A DNA stretch of 64,000 bases from Octopus vulgaris (Eukaryota). Below, one piece after another: positions 53,955 through 64,000 of the stretch (the stretch's first letter is position 1; each line of letters starts with the position of its first letter). A model generated the notes under the pieces. The model made no database searches. It was not told where the DNA came from and worked only from the letters and a program-made list of their open reading frames with translations. The position numbers and the translations under genes were made by a program. Location of the stretch: positions 69,812,001 through 69,876,000 of the forward strand of contig OX597823.1 of NCBI GenBank assembly GCA_951406725.2, written 5' to 3'.

Positions 53955-54305
53955 GCAAGATTTGAGAGGGTTTACACTTATATGTTACTAGTCAGTATGA
54001 ATATCAGACAGGAAAAGCATCCGACCAAACAAAAACTGTATGACAGTCTTGTTGCAATCACTGAAGTCCTTAGAAGAAAATGCATGCATTTTGTGAGGAA
54101 CACATTGCCGGATAGTTAAGCAAGAACGTATTAGTGATACACTTCTGTAAATAACCCCAACATAAATATATGAGTCGTCCAGCGAAAAACCTTCATTAAC
54201 CAGCTTTGTACTGATACGTGATGTTATGTTCCCACATTGTCACTGTCATGTAAGGTGATGATGGGTGATGTAATCGAGTCAAGAGTATCTGGGTAAACTC
54301 AACCA
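53955..54305 (+). mobile_element. Decayed RTE-group LINE 3' fragment
   Basis: MNIRQEKHPTKQKLYDSLVAITEVLRRK, comparable to LNISWKQHPTKQQLYG. Confidence 0.55.
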
Positions 54306-55019
54306 GATAAAGCTACAGCTTAGTGAAACAAATTTGTGGACGATTTTAATTTTCCTTACTCCTACAGGAACATGTAAATGCACAAGATTTCGGCGTCAAC
54401 TGGAGGTTAGTTACCTTTACTACGGATAACTATGTGCCTTGAATGCGACAAAAGAGTTTTAGTGATGATAGTGGTGGCAACGGACGTTTACTAAAGTATT
54501 CTGAAGTTGCAAAGAATGATAGATTTGAAAGTAAAGGATGAAACGGGCGGAAGGTAAAGGAAAAGAGGATTTTGTTTTGTGGAAAGGCTGTGCGCTGTTC
54601 GAGTGCTTAGATACTGTTTCATGAAATTCCGGATATATCAGCATCTCACATTAGCAGAGCAAAGTGATGCAACCCCTTTTTTAGTGAACAAATTCAACAT
54701 ATCTTCATCCCGCCTCCATTAGAGCTAATCTCTGTCTACAATCATAAGCAGAAATTCTATCCGGTGAGCAAACAACTACCTATTGAATAAAGGGTAAAGG
54801 GCGAATAGGCCTGCGAGAAATAGCTGGTGAATCTGTCTCAAAGTACAACCCATTCTCTTTAAAATGCTAAGAATCGTTAGATAATGTAGTCCAAGACATA
54901 CAATACCTGGAGGGAAAATATTGAGTGTCCTATTAATTGGCTTTAGTAATTCATCGATTTCAATCCATAAGAGACTTCAATTGTGATAGGTCTTCTGTAA
55001 TCTTCACAAACACACTTCA

Positions 55020-55344
55020 TTTCAATGGCTGTTGGACATGATTGTGGTTTTAAGCTGGTTGATCAGCCTCCCTATTCTCCTGATTCGGCCCCATCTGACC
55101 GTTCCCCAAAATGAAAAAGCACTTGGCTGAGATCCAGTACCGAAGTGATGATGACGTCACATCTACTGTTGATGAATTTTTTTTTAATATCAACAGGATG
55201 AAAGCTCCTTCACCAATACACTGCAACACCGACAGAAGAAATGTGTGGGCCGCAAGGTGGACTATGTTGAAAAAGAAACCTCATTTAGTCACATTCCATG
55301 AAAGTATCCTGGTCAGCCTATTGACTTTTCAGCTGACCCGCGTA
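55020..55344 (+). mobile_element. Mariner 3' fragment
   Basis: GFKLVDQPPYSPDSAPSD, MKKHLAEIQYRSDDDV and TIR-like end cttttcagctgacccgcgta. Confidence 0.8.
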
Positions 55345-56216
55345 TGTGTTTCGGTACGTTACATGTAGGATTCAAACTCTACCGGGGTAAACCATTTCGA
55401 AAATCGATAAACTTCAATCGCTACACTCAGATACTGGAATTGACTCAATCGACTCGGCTCTACCCAAAAAGCTTTCAAGGCCTGTATCTTACTTCAAAAC
55501 GAATATGATATCACACGAGGATGATGGATAAGCAGAATTATTAGTGCGTCGAACAAAACGTCTTAAGGCATCTTTTCCGGTTCCGTACGTTCAGTATTTA
55601 GCGTCTATAAAATGTCATACCAGGCAAGTACACGTGTACGCGTTGTACCTACTCAAATTCCTGACCGTGTTCCTACGAAAGAAATTATTAAAGCAAATGA
55701 CGATACTAAATCTCCAACTTTATAGATATTTATTATAAAACACAGCTTTCCCCCATTAAAACCTAACTGAATATTTTCCTCGAACAAACACATAAGCAAA
55801 CTGATAAAACCCACCTAAATCTCATCTCCTTTCAAATTAACCCATCCAAAGTACTGCTTTTCGTCTCGTAGCATTTCTAGTTCTTTTTTAGTTAGATATA
55901 GTAGCATTTTCTCTCTCACTCTCTCTATCCTCTCTCTCTCCCTCTCCCTGTCTCCCTCCCTCTCTCTTTCAAATCTAATTGTTCATTTTTCTCTTTTACT
56001 ATTTCTCTAACAAAATCATTCATTTCATTGTGTCATTATCTCTTGCAATACGTTTATTTTTATCATCGCTAATAATGTTATCATGATTGTGCTTATGACG
56101 ACTTATACGTGTCTTTATTGTCCTTAGGAAAAAATACAGGAAACACTATTAATACAGTTATCGTCATTGTCATGATCATCATCATTATCATCATCATTAT
56201 CATCATCATCCTCATC

Positions 56217-56259
<43 letters not shown>

Positions 56260-57582
56260 AATTGCATCACTGTTACTACTTTTGCTCTCCCTGATATGTC
56301 TATTAACGATATAATGGTCTTTAACGTATCACTGTACCATAACGAAATAAATGAATTGTCAGCCCATAAAATTGTTACCTGATAAATCTTTAACTGGACT
56401 AAATCACTTATATTAATGACAACTTGACTGAAATGATCTATTGATATTTTCGTCATTTCTATTGACATAAAAACCCACGTAATTGATTCTACTCCGAGTA
56501 CTAACCTAACGAACAGACTATTATAAATTTCTATGTGTTGGCACGAATTTGTCACACATTTTTTTTCTTTACAATTCAGTTTATTAGCATAACAATTGTT
56601 CAATAAAAGATAAAGCACTTTGGTAGAGAATGTTTTATACACATACAGTCACATCTATATGTATGTATGTTTGTGCGCGTCTTTATGTAAGAACACACAC
56701 ACACACACACACACACATATGTAAGTATATTTACATATATATGTGAATATAAGTGTACATATATTTATATACATATATACTTATATATATACATATATAT
56801 ATACACACATAGATATGTGTATATATTTTCGTATATAGATATATGTGTGTACTCATGTACATGTGTTTATGTATGTATATATCTATATAGCTAGATAGAT
56901 AGACATAGATATAAATATCGTATATACACATACACGCACATACACACACATATTATTTAATATACATAATATATTTAATATACACAATATATGTTTATTT
57001 AATATATACAATATATGTTTTTATGTATTACTGTTAGTTTCATGTGATGAGAGCATGCCAGACAGTATGTTTTAACATGTCTGGTGTCTTAGTACAATCC
57101 TCAGGCACTGCCCACATGTCAAACTGAAAATAGGAGGATAGGATGAAATAGAAAGAGGGAGAAAAGGCGAGAAAGAAGTAGATATAAAAGGTGGAAGGTT
57201 GAAAAACTGGAAAACGAAAAATAAAACATAAAGAAGCAAAAGGAGGCTGGATTAGTGTTACTTCCCCTTTGACCATAAAATATAATGCTGAAAAAGATAG
57301 TAACTTAGAGTTTCACTTTCTAAATCGTCAACAGAATTGGAAAGTGCCACACTCACCAGATTGAACAGCTGTACTACAGATTCTAAGACACTATATTTTA
57401 CAGTCAAAGGGGAACAAACTTTAAAAGCCCTGTTTTTTGCTTCTTTCTGTTTTCTTTCTCGTTTTCCGGTTCTTCCACCTTCCATCATAAAAATAATAAT
57501 AATAATAATAATAATCATTATTATTATTATTGTTGTTATTATTATTGTTATTGTTGTTGTTGTTGTTGATGATGTTACGTCG

Positions 57583-57837
57583 AGCCGGTAGAATCGTTAG
57601 CACGACGGGTAAATGTTTAGCGGAATTTCATCCGTCCCTACGTTTTGAGTTCAACTTCCGCCGAAGTCGACTTTGCTTTGAATCCTTTCGAAGTCGGTAA
57701 ATTATGTACCAGTTGAACATTAGGATCGATATAATCGTCTTAAAAACAAACATACACACACAAACACATACACACAAACACACACAAACACATACAGACA
57801 CATCAGAAATTGCTGGTCCTGTGCCAAATTTTGAGAC

Positions 57838-57891
<54 letters not shown>

Positions 57892-58085
57892 GAAGGCAGC
57901 GAGTTGGCACGCCGGGTAAAATGCTGAGTGGCATTTCTTCCAGCTTAACATTTGATATTCAAATATCACCGAGGTCGACATTACCTTTCGGGGACGATAA
58001 ATTATGTACCAGTAAAGCACTAGGGTCAATTTATTCGACTAGCTTCATTCTCCAAATTTCCAGGCCTTGCGCCTATGTAGAAAGA
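57583..58085 (+). mobile_element. Two diverged SINE family A copies
   Basis: gagttcaacttccgccgaagtcgactttgc and aaggcagcgagttggcacgccggg. Confidence 0.7.
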
Positions 58086-58107
58086 ATTATTATTATCATC
58101 ATTATCA

Positions 58108-58600
58108 TCTTCCGTCACCAGTGATGACTTTCGAAAAAATGTCCGGAACAATTTCCAGTTGTTCTTTCAGTTCACTCGCGACTGTTTTGATCTTCCGTGA
58201 GCAAGCGAGGCACAAAGTTTGGTGCAATTCTTTCCAGTCGCACTTCCTCGCTTAAAATTCGTTGGCAAGACACACCAGTCGTATCAACAAGTTCGGCAAT
58301 TGTTCGGTGACGGTCCTCCAAGATGATCCAAGATTAGCTCATAAATTTTCATAATGCTTTCATTCGTTCGGGAGGTCGACGGACGCCCTGAATGAGGTAA
58401 GTCTTCAAGCGACAAACGGTCATTCCTAAAGCGTGAAACCCACGGGTAAGCTTATGTTTTGCTCATAGCACAGTGTCCCTCTAAGCTGCCTGAAGCATGA
58501 CAACCGTTTCGGCCGCTGTTTTGCCGAGCAGAAAACAGAACTTCACAGAAGCATGCCGTTCCTTCGTTTCAGCGATCTTACAAATCGTCGAACTGGGGAG
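58108..58600 (-). mobile_element. Mariner 5' fragment
   Basis: VKFCFLLGKTAAETVVML, RFRNDRLSLEDLPHSGRPST and FSKVITGD. Confidence 0.8.
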
Positions 58601-59624
58601 GAGTACTCAAACTAAAAAATAAATTGCTACAAGATACCATGCATAAAGTGAAAGGAATATATGTCTAATGTATGAAGAAATTTCTCCTATCGTACCACCC
58701 CAATGCCATTGAGCAACATATTATCAAAGCTAAAAGCTATGTATAACCAAAAGAAGACGTTTGTTGCAATGTGAGACTCTTTACACCGTATCACGAACTG
58801 CTAAATATCGCAGCAAATTTCGATCAAAGCATACTTTAGTGTGTTAAAAGATGAAAGACACGGTAGATCATGACCATCAACCAAACAGCACCAGTAGAAA
58901 TTCTTACTGATAAACCACCATATCTTACTGGCATCATATATCAGCTGATTGGTCTTCTATCTACCGTTCCCACTAATATCTGTATTAGACTGGTGATCGT
59001 TTGTATACAATTTGATGTTTTGATGAAATGACACAGTGGTTCGGAGTTGACGACAAATATATAGACATATAAATGAAATTAAGATATTTTACCTCAAAAA
59101 TATTTGTTTTCGCACACACATACATAAACACTGAATCAATAAAAAAAATTTGCTAGATATTTATATTGCAAACACCCTACTAAGGAAGACACGGATAAAA
59201 TATTGTCTATATATCTCTATATATCTTCATATGTATAATATGATATATATTCTAATATGATTCAGCGGTTAAAATAATGACAATATTCATGATTAAATAA
59301 AGTAGTGTGTCCAAGTAAAGAGCCTGATTGAATTTGTACTTGAATATACCAATAAACGCTAACGCAGTTTAAAATATCAATAAAGTGTTAAAGACATTGT
59401 GCTACAGACTAGAACATCATTAGAATTGTCTAGACGATTCTCTCTCCATTTACTATAGAACAATAACGAGTATTATTCTAAGAGAGTGCCAGCACCGACA
59501 TTGTTTTCTAGAGGTATTCAAGCGCTATTCAAATGTATTGTTAAGTACATTCTAACATCTATGATTGAATGAATTCATACACATATACATATATATCTAT
59601 ATCAATATCTATATCTGTACATAT

Positions 59625-59738
<114 letters not shown>

Positions 59739-59940
59739 GTATACATATGCATATATACATACGTATATGTACATACCTACATATCTATGTATATATACAT
59801 GCATATATGGGTACAGGACATCAAATAAACGTAGACACAATGAGAAACGAAAACATAAAAAGCAAAAATACAGAAAGCGAACTTTTTTTCGAACAAAGAA
59901 AGAAAAACAGAGAAACGCGACAGGCAACATAAAGAACATT

Positions 59941-60002
59941 CCGTTCATCAGTTGTCCCCTGTTTTCTCTAATCCGCATTTCGAAGGCAGGGACAATACGC
60001 GA
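59941..60002 (-). ncRNA. Non-circularly permuted hammerhead-like motif
   Basis: tcgcg TA ttgtccctg ccttc GAAA tgcgg attagagaaaa caggggacaa CTGATGA acgg. Confidence 0.7.
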
Positions 60003-60134
60003 CTTCATTAAAACAGTCCTCCCGCAAAGCAAATTAAATAAAATTTAGGACTTTTTGCGGAGGGTGAAAGTGATAACAAAAACAGGATATTTCGTCCGGT
60101 TAGGGTATTTTACACATGCTGAACCTTCGTAATG

Positions 60135-60640
60135 AGGAGTGTTTACGTGCATGCAAGATTTACTCAGTTTCTGTTTGGTCAACGGTGCCATATTTTCTGG
60201 TAAACTCGACTTCTTTCTTTAGCAAGTATCTTGACATTGAGGGGCAACAACCTACGATATCAAACTGTACGCACTTATCTCTAAACTTATCCCTATGTTC
60301 TTAAATAATCTATGATGGTGCTGGTGGTGCTCGTTGTCCACTGCTGCAATTCAGTAGTATTCCTAAACTTATCGTTAAGATTTCTTTTTATTCATTTACT
60401 TATTCATTTATTTATTTATTTATTTATTTATTTGTTTATTTATTGCTACTAAACCTATCTCTGTTCGAGCGGGTCTGTTAGTCTATAGGTAGGCTTTTTG
60501 CGAAGTGGGATCTTCGATCCTTTTAAATTACCAAGGCTTCCCTTTTACCTATCTTATTGTCAGTTTTCTTACGTTTTTCAAGGAGCTTAACCGCATCATG
60601 ACATTTATTAGTGTCTGCCTTGATTTGTAATTTATATGAA
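60135..60640 (-). pseudogene. Penelope-like element reverse transcriptase fossil (resembles the Naiad type)
   Basis: Remnants KPTYRLTDPARTEIG, LNDKFRNTTELQQW, STIIDY-FKNI and VQFDIVGCCPSMSRYLLKKEVEFTRKY...ILHARK, comparable to CRLINPAKSEIG and FIQFDIVDFYPSIS...IILHARK. Frameshifts and a (TTTA)n insertion. Confidence 0.75.
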
Positions 60641-61189
60641 CTTAGGAATGATAAATACGATAAGATGCTGCATAATAGTATTGCTAGTAAATATAATAAG
60701 GCAAACACTGATAAATATAATCATATCGATGATGAAGCCAAACTCATTGCAAAAATGTCCTTATGACTATATTAGTATGAAGAATATATGCAAAAAATTT
60801 ATTTACTATTACTTAGTGAAAAAAGTCTCGACATTTTTATATGAAAAGTGCATGCTTCATAAATTTTCAAATCCGATATTTAAGTAAGGAATTTCAGGTA
60901 ACTATTAATTATATCTAATAATAATAACTATTTAATCTTCTAAGGTTAAATATTCAGTGCTAATTATATACATACTATTAGAATTTTAAACACTAAAACA
61001 ACATTTACTAATTCATTATCAATAAAATTTTATGTAACTCCGCATTTTGTCAGAGATTACACATAGTAAGAACCCTTGAAATTCATGTTTAACATCAACT
61101 GGCAGTTAGACTTAGTCATATATTCATAAAGCTTAATGTAGGTCTTAACGGAAAAGACATTATCCTTAATCTAGTTCATAATACTGATT

Positions 61190-61392
61190 TCAAATTTTGG
61201 TACAAGGCCAGCAATTTCAGATTCGGGGATACATCGACTACATTGACCTCAGTGTTCAAATGGTACTTATCCCTTTTGATAGGATGAAAGATAACGTCAC
61301 GTCGGCGGAATTTGAAGTCAGAATATGAAGACGGACGAAATGCCGCTAAGCATCGTGCCTGGCGTGCTAACAATTCTACCAGCTCACCGCCT
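61190..61392 (-). mobile_element. SINE family A (diverged)
   Basis: Reverse complement of ggcggtgagctggtagaattgttagcacgcc. Confidence 0.75.
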
Positions 61393-62425
61393 TAAATGTA
61401 GTTAATAATATTGCTAAATGTATGCTTAAGTTGAACGACCAATGGATATTAAGTATGAGTTACAGTGGTTTAATCAATGACAAGAACCCTATAGCATATA
61501 TCTACTAGTAATATGAAATTTAATAGATTATGAGTCAGTTTTCTTTCTTTTAATATGAACATTCTAATAGTATATATAAAATCAATATTAAATACCTAAA
61601 TTTATTACATTTAACTGAGGAACATAACTGATTGATAAAACTAATGTTTACTAGCTTAATTAAATATTTAATTTAAATATTTATGTAGACACTGGCGTAT
61701 TTAAATATATATTCTAATATTCGATCTTTCCATGAAATATTTCTGATATTCTACGTAATGCTAATGAAATTTAGAGCATATAGTTTTGATATTAATGTAA
61801 CTGGTGGGGCATTTTTTAATAAGACTATGTTTATTTTCAGTACTTAAAACTAACTTTCTTTGTGAAAGGTATAACTTTTATTGAATTGTGTTCCGGTTTT
61901 CATTCTGTTAATCAAAATAATATTTTATTAGTTTTCAAATGAAATATAACAGTTTCTCTACTTTTTTTCCTTAATTTCTCTCCAGTTGTATAGAATTCGT
62001 GTTATTGTTCTACAGTCGTTTTTAGACATGTCCTTATAAACACACATACGATATCGTACATACACATCGACACATGTATAAAACAGATCAAGCGAACATA
62101 TATACATACATATATAAATAGATGTTTGGTTATACATGCAGAAATCAATATACAGACATAGTAATAACAGAAACAGCCGGTGAGAATACATGACTCATAT
62201 TTCCAATATAATAAGAAAAAGATTTGTCAACATTGTAATTTTAACAATCAACGAATATAGATATATTGAGGAACATTCTGAAGAAAATGTGGTTAAACAT
62301 TGAAGCAATTTGTGAACTGAATAGATGACAATACATTGTACATTTAAAATATAAAGTTTATACTCATTTCTATGTACTGAAGTCTTCTGAATTTTCTGAT
62401 CGGGAAAATCTGATTCATATACGTG

Positions 62426-62457
<32 letters not shown>

Positions 62458-62594
62458 TGTATGTATGTATGTATGTATGTATGTATGTATGTACGTATGT
62501 ATGCATGTGTGTGTATGTATGTATGTATGTATGTATGTATGTATGTATGTATGTATGTATGTATGTATGTATGTATGTATGTATTTTGTCATTA

Positions 62595-63780
62595 TTCAGT
62601 GTATTTCAAGTTTTCTTGCCAATAGAGAAAGAACTAGTTTCTAACCTAAGTCCAATGCACTTTCATTGGAATTTCAATACAAGAACTGGTATTTTTGCAT
62701 TTATGTATGTATGTATGTATGTATGTATGTATGTATGTATGTATGTATGTATGTATGTATGAGCTGATTTGTATGTTTTATATATGTATTCTTATGCATA
62801 TAGTTACATATCTAGACATGCCTATATATATTTAAATGATAAACTTATGGAAAGTTTTACAGATTTTTACAGTTCCAGTGATGAATTGGATCTGTAGTCT
62901 TCGAATTAGCTTTATTCTTTCAGGTTTTGAGAAGCCCAGTTTCTCAAGATTGTGTTACATATCCGAGGGCCCCAATAATTACAGGTATAAACCTGAACTT
63001 GTAATCTGGAAAGAGTAACTCCAGATTTCTCAATAGTTCATCATAGGTGTTCTCTTTTTCACTGATCTTCAGCTTCTTTATATGAGCATCTGCTGGCAAA
63101 TAATTTCCTCAACTGTGCACAGTTTCCATTCTCTATCCCAAATCATTATATCAGGTCTCTTATACTTACATTTTATTGCGGTCTTCACTGGTACTTTCCA
63201 CCAGTATTCCTTTTTATTATGAGTGGCTATGGCTTCTACCATATTGTGGGTTCTTATTTCTTTTTCCTCAGGAGTATCCTTCCGAGGGATTTCATTATAG
63301 AGTGTTCTAGTTACAACATCAGTAGATAATACCGTGATGACATTTTCGGACAACTGCTTAAGATGTGCGTGATATCTTCAGTATGAACTCAACAAAGTCT
63401 GCACCGGTTGTCACATCTTACAACTCTTCCTGCATCTCTACACCTTTTTGTGCATCAGGTATTTGGTTGATATTTCTTGTTCCTGGGTTGCAAACGCATA
63501 CCTTTCAAAGTGGGAGGTAGTAATCCAGCTAGTACTCCATGATAAACTGCTTTGATATTACTATTATCACGGAACTTCCTACTAACATATCCATACATAG
63601 TCTTCTGCTCATATAGGTTCATCCTTTCATCTGACGACACGTTGCGGTAGAGTCATGCGACCTCTTTGGGCATATATTCTAGGTTATCAGAGAAAGAGAC
63701 TTACTCAATGAACTGCCTTCCAAATCTTAGGGTGTTTTCAGCCTCATGTATGCAAACCTGGTCAAGGGATGCACTTCCAC
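62595..63780 (-). mobile_element. 5'-truncated RLE-endonuclease non-LTR retrotransposon (R4/Dong/NeSL-like)
   Basis: CCHC finger CRLC*VHTEDITHILSSC and RLE motif KRPDIMIWD...CTVEE; bounded by (TATG)n at both ends. Confidence 0.85.
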
Positions 63781-63783
63781 ACT

Positions 63784-63815
<32 letters not shown>

Positions 63816-63841
63816 TGTATGTATGTATGTATGTATGTATG

Positions 63842-63872
<31 letters not shown>

Positions 63873-64000
63873 TTGTATGTATGTATGTACGTAAATCGTT
63901 GGAAGTTCTTTTAGTTTACACTGTTACTAAAAGCTTCGATCTTCCATGTATTATTAAGCAACATTTGGCGAGTATTACTTCACAGCATGTGGCATACTTT

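Overview
AT-rich eukaryotic (metazoan) genomic DNA, most likely an octopus. That assignment is inferred from tRNA-derived SINE families I recall from Octopus genomes and from very dense (TA)n/(CA)n/(TATG)n/(GATA)n microsatellites; it was not verified by a search. No intact host protein-coding gene can be supported, and almost all ORF-track entries are microsatellite or transposon artefacts. The window is a mosaic of SINEs, decayed mariner/Tc1, hAT and Helitron elements, and RTE, CR1/L2-group, RLE-type and Penelope-like retroelement fossils. The most interesting signal is at the RNA level. About ten hammerhead-ribozyme-like motifs of unrelated primary sequence sit in short direct/inverted-repeat elements, mostly abutting microsatellites (Penelope pLTR/retrozyme-like). 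Two of them (37611-37677 and 59941-60002, minus strand) have the three hammerhead strands in a non-circularly permuted, pseudoknotted order with different but base-paired stems I and III, and one lies directly downstream of a Penelope-type RT fossil. All structures were folded by eye; activity is untested and many boundaries are approximate.
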